64,000 nt of DNA, taken from assembly GCA_964413735.1 (NCBI GenBank), contig CAYPSS010000001.1, forward strand, positions 56,237 through 120,236, read 5' to 3'. This document shows positions 40,809 to 50,800 of the stretch, piece by piece (positions within the stretch are counted from its first letter, which is position 1; every line of letters starts with the position of its first letter). The position numbers and the translations under genes were made by a program. Source of the DNA: an uncultured Gammaproteobacteria bacterium. Its GTDB lineage: Bacteria > Patescibacteriota > Patescibacteriia > UBA11705. The notes beneath the pieces were generated by a model. The model worked only from the letters and a program-made list of their open reading frames with translations. It was not told the origin of the DNA and did no database searches.

Positions 40809-41621
40809 TTACAAAGTTTTTACGTATTTTCTATAAGCAATAATCAGTAAAATTGGAAAAATTGTATAACAGGCAATTACATATGAAATCAAGATAAAAG
40901 GATTTATATCTGCCAGTCCTTTATAATAAATAGCTGAAATGGTCATTATAGGAAGCTTCCAAAAATCATTCGTTCCATAGGGATAAACACTAATTATTGT
41001 CATAAGTAAGGATATTTTAATAAAATAAAGAATCCACCCAATATAATCTTTCTGATTTTCTGTTTCTTTGAATAAAAACAACTTGTATGTTTGCTTTTTG
41101 TTGATTAAGTTATTCCAGATAAATAATCCGGGCAAAACAAGGCAAAATCCACTAATAATCACTATTGAAGTGTAAATTACGTTTAAAGATTTGTTCTTTA
41201 CCCAATGATTCTTTGGTTCCCAATATTCATGAGTTTTGAGGCTGTTTGGTTTGTGTAATCGCAATAAATACAAAATAATAATGTTAATTATAATAACAAC
41301 AAATGGTCCGGAAACGCTAAGAGCAAGATATTTTCCATTGATTGTATAGATTAAACCAAAATAACCTTCGGCCATTATTTTAACATAAGAACCATTAAAA
41401 GGGTTTAACCCAAGAATTAGGGGGGTACCTGCAATTGATGTTTGTATTTTTGTAAAACCTTCACAAATAACAATTTCCTTAACAGGCACATTGTAAAGTT
41501 TCATAATTGCAAAATGTCCCATTTCATGAATGAATGAAGTTGTATACAAAAACACAGAAGTGAAAATAATTAACTGCAAGGTTAAAACAAATAATTCCGT
41601 TATCTTGTTGCTTTTTCCCAT
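40809..41621 (-). CDS. M50/site-2 protease-like membrane protein
   Basis: FIHEMGH, SGP motif, TM helices; SD aaggag. Confidence 0.6.
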   Translation of the reverse strand: MGKSNKITELFVLTLQLIIFTSVFLYTTSFIHEMGHFAIMKLYNVPVKEIVICEGFTKIQTSIAGTPLILGLNPFNGSYVKIMAEGYFGLIYTINGKYLALSVSGPFVVIIINIIILYLLRLHKPNSLKTHEYWEPKNHWVKNKSLNVIYTSIVIISGFCLVLPGLFIWNNLINKKQTYKLFLFKETENQKDYIGWILYFIKISLLMTIISVYPYGTNDFWKLPIMTISAIYYKGLADINPFILISYVIACYTIFPILLIIAYRKYVKTL

Positions 41622-41738
41622 TTTTTCTCCTTGTTAAGGAACGAAGAACTATTGATTTTATTATAATTTGAGATTTTTGTCAATATTGAGAATGATTATT
41701 TAAAACAAAAGAGCAGTGAAATAATTCACTGCTCTTTA

Positions 41739-42146
41739 TGGTGCCGCGCCCGCCCCGCACCCGAAGTGGTGCGGGGAGCCGGAATCTCACGCGCTCGCAA
41801 CGACCTTGCTCGCTTCAAAAGGGGGATTCCTCCCCCTTTTGGGAACCCCTATCATTACAGATGGGAAACTCCCGTTTCCCATACCCTTCCCGTTCGATTC
41901 CGGATTAATAAAAAAACAATCCTTCTTGCGAAGAATTGTTTTTGGTGCCGCGCGTGCCCCGTACCCGAAGTGGTGCGGGGAGCCGGAATCTCACGCGCTC
42001 GCAACGACCTTGCTCGCTTCAAAAGGGGGATTCCTCCCCCTTTTGGGAACCCCTATCATTACAGATGGGAAACTCCCGTTTCCCATACCCTTCCCGTTCG
42101 ATTCCGGATTAATAAAAAAACAATCCTTCTTGCGAAGAATTGTTTT
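41739..42146 (-). repeat. Two 204-bp tandem units, each a tRNA-Leu 3' end with palindromic insertions
   Basis: tggtgccgcg at 41739, 41943 and 42147; units differ at a few bases. Confidence 0.9.
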
Positions 42147-42234
42147 TGGTGCCGCGAGCCGGAATCGAACCGGCATGGAGTATAAGTCCGCTGGATTTTA
42201 AGTCCAGTGCGTCTACCAGTTCCGCCATCGCGGC
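42147..42234 (-). tRNA. tRNA-Leu(TAA)
   Basis: GCCGCGA acceptor, CTGGA-CTTAAAA-TCCAG anticodon arm, long variable arm, TTCGATT, CCA. Confidence 0.92.
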
Positions 42235-42237
42235 ACG

Positions 42238-42471
42238 TTAGAAGGACTTTAAAAACTCTTTTCCACAACAAGATTTCAAGTATTTCTCATGAGTTCTAGC
42301 TTCTTTCCTTGTTTCAAAGTTTTTAGTATAAATAACAACGAATGGTATGTATGGCCTTGTTGTTTTTTCTTTACCTGAATTATGTTGATAAAAACGTTTT
42401 TCAAGATTATTGGTTAAACCCACATAAATATAATTTTTTATTGTGCTTTTAATTGCATAAACATTATACAT
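42238..42471 (-). CDS. Stand-alone GIY-YIG nuclease (77 aa, start at MYNVY)
   Basis: VYAIKS..YIYVGLTNNLEKRFYQHN..EARTHEKYLKS. Confidence 0.88.
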   Translation of the reverse strand: MYNVYAIKSTIKNYIYVGLTNNLEKRFYQHNSGKEKTTRPYIPFVVIYTKNFETRKEARTHEKYLKSCCGKEFLKSF

Positions 42472-42482
42472 ATATAGATTTA

Positions 42483-42577
42483 TCCAGTGCGCCTGCCTGC
42501 CGGCCCGCTCCGCCCGCGTAGCGAGGCGAGCAGGCAGATCTACCAGTTCCGCCATCGCGGCACGTTAGAAGGACTTT
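42483..42577 (-). pseudogene. Duplicated 5' half of tRNA-Leu(TAA) with a GC-rich nested palindrome inserted
   Basis: Matches about 42204-42250 except for the cctgcctgcc...gcaggcaga insert. Confidence 0.85.
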
Positions 42578-42689
42578 TGGACAAGAAAAATATTGTTTAA
42601 GAGCATTTGAAAAAAATTAAACTCTGAATAACAGAGTATAATCAGATCAATTATTTAAAGTAATAGGATACGTTTTTTAAAATTATCTT

Positions 42690-42880
42690 TCACCCGTTCA
42701 CTAATTAACTTTTGGAGCGGTAGAACGGGCTCCCCTCGATCCTTCGATGAGCTCAGGACTCGGGGTAAACTTCTCACCCGTTCACTAATTAACTTTTGGA
42801 GCGGTAGAACGGGCTCCCCTCGATCCTTCGATGAGCTCAGGACTCGGGGTAAACTTCTCACCCGTTCACTAATTTACTTT
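42690..42880 (-). repeat. 84-bp tandem units, each a tRNA-Gly 3' end plus palindromic insert
   Basis: tcacccgttc at 42690, 42774 and 42858; tggagcggtagaacgggctc in each full unit. Confidence 0.9.
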
Positions 42881-42956
<76 letters not shown>

Positions 42957-43025
42957 CCAATTGACGAAAATAATTATAGCAAAAACAAACAATAAGTCAA
43001 GCATAGATAAAACTAGTGGTAAGGG

Positions 43026-44708
43026 CTATTTTTGCATTTTACTCAATGATTTTATTTGATTGCGAATTTGTTTAATGGTATTTTTATCGTTAACAGAAAG
43101 GGCTTTGCCTTTGTTATTGGCCTTAATTAACATGATTTTTTGTAAATAGGCTTCAATTAAATTTTGGGTTAATGATTCAATGCTTTGGTTGTCCGTTTTT
43201 TTATTACTCTTTCTTTTTCGCGCAATTAAAATTATCAAAATTACCAATAAAATTAAATTGATAATACTTAAGATTGCCGCGCCATAGAATAAAATATTTT
43301 CTTTGGTGAAAATTGGCGGTTTTTCAATTACGTCAAAGGTGATCTTATTACCATAGATTGTTTCCGTTGATTCAGGCAGCAATAATTGGGCAAAAGCCTC
43401 ATAATTGCCAATTGATAATTTCTTGGTTTCAAACATGAAAATACCATGTTCATCGGTTTTGATTATTTGTGGGGTTGGCTCCTCGCCAATTTTATTTAAC
43501 CAAAAAGTAATGTTGGTGTTTGGTAATGATTGGCCAATAATGGTGTTTTTTTCTCCGTCAAAAATCGTTTCAAAGTAATCGGTGATTTCTGGCGCAGAAA
43601 CTTTAATGAAAACCGATGTGGTTTTTTCGTTAGTATTTCCGGCTTGATCAAAGGCGATTATTTTCACTTGAACTTCCCCTTTTGGGATATTGGTGATTTC
43701 CAAAAAATCATTTATAGCTTGGTCCGGTAGCAGGGTTATCGGCGCTTGGTTATTGAGAGAAACTTCATATTTGGCAATGCCGGAGATTTCGTCTGAAGCA
43801 GTAATTTTAATTTTTAATAAGTTGGTACTGGCCGATTGTTCATCAAAAGAGATTTCCGTTATTTGTGGCGCGGTTGTATCAATGTTAAAGGGAAATTCCG
43901 CAATATTACCCCAGCCTTTTTCGTTTCTCATTTGCGCACTAAAAAAATATTGGCCATCCGGTAATGGATCCAGGGCTCTTTCCCAAATTGGTGGTGTATA
44001 AATAACGGTTGGTTGTTGCCCGGTTGTTTGATTTAAGCCAAATCGAATAGCATTTGCTTGGTTGTTTGGTTGAATTTTGATTATTGGGCTATTGTTGCTA
44101 TACCAAGCATCTTTATTTGAATGGGTGTCAGAAAAAATATTCGGTGCGCTGATAATTGGAACAGTTTCTTCGGTTATGGGTTTTTCTTCTGGTGGCGCGG
44201 TTTCTTCAACGATTGACAAAGTGGCGGTGCCGGCTCCGGTAAAAACCGAAGTGCCTTCACCATCATTGGCTAAAATTTGAGAACCGGAAAAGGTCAGGGT
44301 GGTTTGCCCGGCTTTTTTTGTTCGCAAACTGACGGTCAAAATTTTTCCTCCCCCACCGGTATACCCGGGATTCATAATTATACCGTCAAAGTTAATTGTT
44401 CCGCCGGCATTGGAAAAAGAAGGCTCAGTTGCCCAAAAAGAAATAATTGAGCCACCCTTGTTAATCCCGGTTACCTCCAAAAAAGTGGAATCAAATTTAA
44501 TGGTACTGGAAACCGCATTAATCGCTTGATCAGTGGAAGATACGTAAATTCCATAAGTAACGGTTTCAGCCGGTTTGGCGGTTTTGTTGCCGGAAAAATA
44601 AAAACTGGCCGCCATTAATTGATTAAACGGAGATAAAATTAAGAGAAAACAAACAAGGGCAATAATTATTTTTGTTTTTGTCGCGAACATTTTGTTTTTA
44701 ATTTCCAA
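43026..44708 (-). CDS. Cohesin-like domain + Ig-like domains + C-terminal TM anchor
   Basis: AINAVSSTIKFD..LEV..I, GKILTV, ILANDGEGT; IDTTAP. Confidence 0.7.
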   Translation of the reverse strand: MEIKNKMFATKTKIIIALVCFLLILSPFNQLMAASFYFSGNKTAKPAETVTYGIYVSSTDQAINAVSSTIKFDSTFLEVTGINKGGSIISFWATEPSFSNAGGTINFDGIIMNPGYTGGGGKILTVSLRTKKAGQTTLTFSGSQILANDGEGTSVFTGAGTATLSIVEETAPPEEKPITEETVPIISAPNIFSDTHSNKDAWYSNNSPIIKIQPNNQANAIRFGLNQTTGQQPTVIYTPPIWERALDPLPDGQYFFSAQMRNEKGWGNIAEFPFNIDTTAPQITEISFDEQSASTNLLKIKITASDEISGIAKYEVSLNNQAPITLLPDQAINDFLEITNIPKGEVQVKIIAFDQAGNTNEKTTSVFIKVSAPEITDYFETIFDGEKNTIIGQSLPNTNITFWLNKIGEEPTPQIIKTDEHGIFMFETKKLSIGNYEAFAQLLLPESTETIYGNKITFDVIEKPPIFTKENILFYGAAILSIINLILLVILIILIARKRKSNKKTDNQSIESLTQNLIEAYLQKIMLIKANNKGKALSVNDKNTIKQIRNQIKSLSKMQK

Positions 44709-45571
44709 ATGATCAAAGTTGATATTAAGATTAGTACTATTATTATAACAGAAAAATAATATTTTGTATTATCAAGTGGTTTTGTTTGCGGATAAATAAT
44801 CGCCAACCTTTTATTACCGGCCTTGTCTACCGCTTCGATCAAAACATAGCTGGATAATTTTTGATCGTGTAAAATATATGGACTTTCCGCTTTTTTCCAT
44901 TGAGAATTTCTTAATGGTGAAATTTTTCCATTAGAATCTCTGGTAATTCTCTTTGTTTCCGCTACTTGATAATAATCAATACCACTACCCTTGTCTTTGG
45001 TATCAAAAACCAAAATGTATTGACCATTATAAATATCCGGATCAGAAAATACTTTGGGATAAAAATTTTCCGGTGGATATAAATCATTTATTTCCGGTTC
45101 TTCACTATCACTTTCCGGCAAGGTGATTGTTCGAGAATTTTGAGTGAAATTATTAATTGTTCCCAGTCCGTCATTAAGAAAATAAGCTCCTTGAGCGGTT
45201 TCAATAATAATTTCTGATAAATTTTCCAAGGCTTGAAAGTTGACTGATAAAATTTCACCGGTTTCTTGTGCTATTCCGCCCGGTGTAATACCGGAAAAAG
45301 AAATTTTGTTATTGGAAATCATCGGTTTATCTACCCAAAAATCAATTACGGAGTTGGTGGTGGAAATGTTGGCATTTTTTAAGTTAAGATTTTTAATTGT
45401 TATTTCACCTTCTATGGTATTGAATGTTTCATGGTTGTCTATGAAAAATATTTGTAATAGATAAGTTTGATTTTTTTTGCTAACTTGATAATCAAAATCA
45501 AAGGCCCAAGAAATATTTGGGATAATCAGCAGGGTGAAAACAAATATCATTAAAAAATAAATTTTTTTCAT
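44666..45571 (-). CDS. Cohesin-like domain protein with C-terminal TM (start at MKKIY)
   Basis: NTIEGEI, ISFSGITPGG, LNDGLGT, DKGSGIDYY, AVDKAGN. Confidence 0.65.
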   Translation of the reverse strand: MKKIYFLMIFVFTLLIIPNISWAFDFDYQVSKKNQTYLLQIFFIDNHETFNTIEGEITIKNLNLKNANISTTNSVIDFWVDKPMISNNKISFSGITPGGIAQETGEILSVNFQALENLSEIIIETAQGAYFLNDGLGTINNFTQNSRTITLPESDSEEPEINDLYPPENFYPKVFSDPDIYNGQYILVFDTKDKGSGIDYYQVAETKRITRDSNGKISPLRNSQWKKAESPYILHDQKLSSYVLIEAVDKAGNKRLAIIYPQTKPLDNTKYYFSVIIIVLILISTLIIWKLKTKCSRQKQK

Positions 45572-45576
45572 ATTGA

Positions 45577-46623
45577 TTAGCCATTCCAATAATAAGCCAT
45601 AATACTAAAGTCTTTAAGATTTATAATCGCATCGCCATTTAAAGCGCATTTTTCTTTGATTAGCATTTTTTCATTAAGCGGTTTTTTGTACCAAAAAGCG
45701 GCAATGGAAAAATCAATCAAGTTAACGATATTATCTCCATTCAAATCACCTTTTTTACATAAAGAGGGCTCAGTGGTTTGGCCCACGGAAAAATTTACCA
45801 AATTACTGTACTCACTGATGTCGGTTGAAGTTTGAGTTTTTGATCTGGCGCTATGCGATCCTTCTTCCAGTGGCGAAGTATCAAAACGTAATAAATATGA
45901 ACCGGTGGTATCTGATCGGGTGGGAATAAATAAATTGGTTTCTGAATTGATGTTGATGATAATTTGGCTATTGGGTACGGTTAATCCGAAAATAGTAATA
46001 TTTTCCCCTTTCTTGATTATGGTATTGTCAACAGCAATGGTTGGTGGTAGAAAAACGCCGGTAACATTGGCAGTGACACCGGTCGTTAGACTGACATTAA
46101 AAGAAAATAATGGAGTTTGATTTCCTTTTGGGTCAATGCCTTGAACGGCAAAATTATAACTGCCGGTGGCAAGACCTGAGATATTTAAACTGAATTTGGC
46201 ATCTGGGCCGGAAATGGTTTCAGCGATTTTTTGGCCATCTTTTAATAAAGTGATTTTACTTAATGGAAAAGCTTGTCCGGTAACGTTTAAGGTATTGGTT
46301 GGCGGGGTAATCATTCCTCCACCGCCGCCACCTCCCCCACCACTGCTTTCGTTATAACATTCATTGGTATTAAAAGTGCAAGCCGGGGTACAAGTTAAAT
46401 CACCGCGATTAAAATCAAAAGAGCCGCAAGTAAAACCGTTCAAATTGGTCAAATCACATTCTTCCCCATCCTCGACTAACCAATTACCACAAATGGTAAT
46501 TTTTACTTTTGCGGTTATTGATGCGGTCGAAGAGGCAAAAATATTTTTAACAAAAAATATCTCTACTAAAAATAGAGATAATATAATTACTGCCAATATA
46601 GTAATTTTTCTAAAATCCGACAT
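45577..46623 (-). CDS. Secreted protein: Cys-rich module, poly-Gly linker, Ig-like domains, C-terminal dockerin-like double EF-hand
   Basis: CGN..VEDGEECD; GDLNGDNIVNLIDFS and LNGDAIINLKDFS. Confidence 0.75.
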   Translation of the reverse strand: MSDFRKITILAVIILSLFLVEIFFVKNIFASSTASITAKVKITICGNWLVEDGEECDLTNLNGFTCGSFDFNRGDLTCTPACTFNTNECYNESSGGGGGGGGGMITPPTNTLNVTGQAFPLSKITLLKDGQKIAETISGPDAKFSLNISGLATGSYNFAVQGIDPKGNQTPLFSFNVSLTTGVTANVTGVFLPPTIAVDNTIIKKGENITIFGLTVPNSQIIININSETNLFIPTRSDTTGSYLLRFDTSPLEEGSHSARSKTQTSTDISEYSNLVNFSVGQTTEPSLCKKGDLNGDNIVNLIDFSIAAFWYKKPLNEKMLIKEKCALNGDAIINLKDFSIMAYYWNG

Positions 46624-46632
46624 GTGATTAAA

Positions 46633-47226
46633 TTACGGCTTTTTTTTGATTCCAACATTAAATTCCACAAAACGACTGATAATAAACAAGACAATAACAA
46701 GGCCGGCAAAAATCATGACATAATTTGACCAAGGTTGGTGATCATTGATAAAACTGGAAACACGATAGTATATGGCGGAAAAAATATTAGCGGGAGCGAC
46801 GGTAAAAGATAATTTGGCAGCGGCGGCCACGCCAATACTGGTTCCCGGTGTCGCGGTGACAACCGGATGAGCTTCTACGTAAGCAAAATAATTTCCTGGT
46901 TCGGTTTTTAGGGGTAATGTCATTTTAATATCCACTACCATGGAAGCATTTGGTTCAAGTGAAAATTCTTTGGGAGAAAATTCAAACCATTGCTCTTGCG
47001 GTCGCATTTCCGGAATTTTCGCTTGGTAAGTAATGGCCACTTCATAGTTTGATGGTTCGGTGCCGGTATTAAAAACTGTGAATTTTGGTAAAACATAAGA
47101 AGCGCCCGGCTTTAGCGCTTCATTAAAAGTGATTTTTCCCGTACCAACACCAACACCGACCGTTGAATTCCCCATTAATGGCAATAATGAAAATAGAAAT
47201 AAAAATACTAGTAATTTAATTTTCAT
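46633..47226 (-). CDS. Membrane-anchored Ig-like protein (DUF916/PapD-like)
   Basis: V.NTG, WFEFSPKEFSLEP, PG.Y; signal peptide and C-terminal TM. Confidence 0.5.
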   Translation of the reverse strand: MKIKLLVFLFLFSLLPLMGNSTVGVGVGTGKITFNEALKPGASYVLPKFTVFNTGTEPSNYEVAITYQAKIPEMRPQEQWFEFSPKEFSLEPNASMVVDIKMTLPLKTEPGNYFAYVEAHPVVTATPGTSIGVAAAAKLSFTVAPANIFSAIYYRVSSFINDHQPWSNYVMIFAGLVIVLFIISRFVEFNVGIKKKP

Positions 47227-47228
47227 AT

Positions 47229-47732
47229 TTAGCTGGCGGCAACCGCCTGAATAGTAATGGTAATACTTTTTTCCACTGAGTCGGTACTGCTGGTTGGCAT
47301 TGCAATTTTAATATCAATATCACCCGTAGCAGAAGCTTCCAAATCCGCTGTTACTTGAGTGTAATCGCCTTCAATAATATTCCAAATACTACCTACGTCA
47401 TCAGAATAGCTTAAAACAAATGAATCTGCGCCAGGCGTAGTGGTGCTAATTGTCCATGGGGTTGTTCCTCCAGTGGCTGTACTTGTTTTAATGTTAATTG
47501 CTTCTGTAATATTTCCAGTATTGGTTATTGTTTGAGTATCAACCAAGGTAATGGTATCTTGAGTTCCTCCAAGAGCAACGGTTCCAAAAGCAATTGATCC
47601 ATCGGAAACACTAACGGAAATGCTTTGAGGCGTAACGGTAGCGGTTACCGCAGCAGTATCAGCACCATTAACACCGGTGGCAATAGCCATAAAGTAAAAA
47701 GATAAAATCAATAAAAAGGATAATTTTTTCAT
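47229..47732 (-). CDS. Small secreted Thr/Ser-rich beta protein (putative fibre subunit)
   Basis: Signal peptide; VTATV, SIAFG, ITNTGN, ITITIQA. Confidence 0.55.
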   Translation of the reverse strand: MKKLSFLLILSFYFMAIATGVNGADTAAVTATVTPQSISVSVSDGSIAFGTVALGGTQDTITLVDTQTITNTGNITEAINIKTSTATGGTTPWTISTTTPGADSFVLSYSDDVGSIWNIIEGDYTQVTADLEASATGDIDIKIAMPTSSTDSVEKSITITIQAVAAS

Positions 47733-47807
47733 ATTTGTTTATTATTTGACTTTATTATACTACACAATAATGATTTATTGAAGACATTTGTCTTGTGGAT
47801 ATCAAAA

Positions 47808-50800
47808 TTATGGAGCAACGGCAATCAGGGTGATTCCCGAAGAATATTGGTTATAAGAGTCAGTGCTTGTTGGTAGCGTGACTCTCATATATAAATTTCT
47901 GGTTTCCAGCGAAGCCACATTGGAATCAAACGATTGATAGACGTTTGGTTCACTTATTGTGCTCCAGTTGGTATTATCTTTGGAAAATTCAAGCTTTGCT
48001 TGGTTGTTGCCGGGATCAGTCCCAATAATCCAAGTGTTAACATCTTGGGTAAAATTCGATGCTTTGATATTAATATTAGCCGGTCCATTATCAATTTGAA
48101 CAGTTTCATAATTATCGCCGTTAGCCAGAGTATTTAATTCCGCTGTGCCAAAAGCCATGGCTCCATCGGTGGTTAAGGTAATGGAAATCGCGGCCGCGGA
48201 AATTGTCGCTTCCGGATAATAATCATAAGTAAAATAAGTTGTACTGCCGGCATTGGTTAGTCGGAAACAATAAGTGGAATTATTCCCGGCATTTTCTGTG
48301 GCGATAATTGAATATTCTATTTCCGTAAATTGAGTATTGGTTAAACTGATATTTCCGGTTTGCGCAGAAGTGTCTTTTTGTTCACCGGCTACAAAAGAAC
48401 TATTGGCATCTGTTAATCCCCCGCTAACATTGGTGGTGGCTGAGCCATCGGTTAAATTTGTGGTGTTGTACATTTCCCATGCTTCGGTTGTGGCTGACGC
48501 TGGGACTTGAGTCCAACTGGAAATAGCTGAACAAGTGGTGCTCTTTTCGCCAAATTCTAATCGATAATTATAATTCCCGGTTGTGGTACCGGTATTGGCA
48601 ATGGCAATTCTTAAACGCACTTCACTGTTTGGTGTTAAACTGGTTAAAGAAGTATTCTCATCTTCCAGCCAAGTGGCGGTAGTTTCCGATCCATTGTCAT
48701 CACGCCATCTAAAGCTCGTTTGTTGAACATCAGGAGGAGGAATCATCCAGGCTGCATATCGATAAGTAATGTTAAGAGAATTTACTGAAGCATGTGTTCC
48801 TATTTGAAAACCATCAGTTTCAAATTGTTGGATGGCATTGGCGAGGTTAGCTGTCGCCATGTTATATTGGGTTAAATCACCACTTAAAGTATCCGAGCGA
48901 TGAACACCGCCGGTTGTTCCGGCATGTTTAATTGTCACCCAAGAAGGTTGAAAGCCCACACCGGAAATACTTCGATTATCTTGACCATCACCAGTATAAG
49001 TCCCAACTTGCATTTTACCGGTTGTTGATTTGAACGCAATATAAAAATAAGTTGTTCCTAATCCATTTACCACATCGCTTGATCCTAATTGAAAGCCGTT
49101 AGTCTCTATCGCTTGAATTAAATTGGCCGCTTCAGCGGTTCCGGCAAAATATGAAGTTAAATCACCTACCATTGAAGAATTTCGAGAAACGGCAAAACGA
49201 GCGGTATTGTTTGATTTTATGAGAACATAATCAGGTTGAAATCCTACGCCGGAAAATGAATAATTATCAATCCCTGTTCCGGTATAGAAGCCAGTTTTAA
49301 AATTGGTTGATCCGGAATTGGCAAAAGCAATATAGCGGTAAGTTACACCATTGGTATTGACATTGGCATTTGTTCCAATTGAAAAGCCATCGCTTGTTAA
49401 TGTGGAAATACCGCCCGTGAAATTTACTACCGCATAAGCAGCGGCCGACGTGGTGGCATCCATTAAATCTTTTGTTTTAAAAACCAAACTACCGGCATTA
49501 GTATCGCTTTTAATGAAAACTACATCGGGCTGAAATCCCAACCCGGAAATTGTTTGAGCTACTCCGGTGCCGGAATAACTACCGGTCTTCATTAAATATT
49601 CTCCGGTTGGTGTGTCGTCAGTTTCGCCTTTAATAGCAAAATAATAAAAATCAGAAGTATTATTATTTACCATGGCGTTGGTTCCGATTTGAAAGCCGTC
49701 AGTTTCCAAAGATTGGATTAAATCAGTGGTGATGGCGGTAGCAGTTAATAAGCCTGAAACCTCACCATAATATCGATTGGTTTTGAATACTTTATTTTGA
49801 GCACTGGTGCCGGTCAAAACAAAATCCGGTTTAAAACCAACACCGGAAATAGATCGATTATCTGTGGTATTTCCCGTATAAGTGTTAGTATAAAATTGAT
49901 TAGTCGTATTTTTGAATGCGACAAATTGGTACAAAACATAATTGGCATTAACATTAGCTGATGAACCGACCTGGAATCCATCAGATAAGATTGATTGAAT
50001 GTTATTAGCGGCCGAGGCGCCATTGCTGAATAGTTGAGAAATATCACCACTCATGCTGGAACTTCGCCAAACAGCGGTGTCATTTCCTTTAATAATAATA
50101 ACATCCGGTTGAAATCCCAAACCGATTAAATTACGATTATCATTGCCATTACCCATGTATAACCCAGAAATATAATTAGTTGAAGTATTTCCTTGAAAGG
50201 CGATCCATTGGTAACCGGCGTTTAATTGGTTGACATTGTTAGAGTCATGAACAACAAACCCGGTATCAGTTAAATTGGTAACATAATTATTGGCCGCTGC
50301 CCCGGAAACCAAAAGAGAAGATAATGATGCTTCAGCCATATCTTTTTGCGCCCAGACAAAAGAACCATTGCCGGTATCGGTTTTAATGAATAATAAATCC
50401 GGACGGAAACCAACGGCATTGACTTCTCGACCAATAGCACCGTTTCCCATATAAGAGCCAGTTTTCATGGTAAAGTTCCCTGACTTTTCTGTTTCTGCTT
50501 GCCCATCAAAAGCCACATAATAATAAGTTGATCCTGATTGATTAGCAGTTGCATCACTTCCAACAGTAAAGCCAGAATCAGAGAAAGATTGAATAGCGTT
50601 TTCAATTGGGATTAGTCCATTATAAAAAACAATCGAAACATCAAATATCATTTTGCGAAAACGTTGAATCGCCGACCGGGTATCAGATTGTTTGATAAAC
50701 AGCCAATTAGAATTAAAGTCTAAATCAGCAAGGGCACGATCATCGTTTCCATCTCCAGTGTATGATCCAACATGGAATTTACCACTGGTATTTTTAAATG

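Noticed and set aside
41766-42271. ORFs 41766, 41806, 41991 and 42059
   Set aside because: Translations of GC-rich repeats and the tRNA
42472-42861. N-terminal extension of the GIY-YIG ORF, and ORF 42655..42861
   Set aside because: Read through the pseudo-tRNA and the 84-bp repeats (84 is a multiple of 3)
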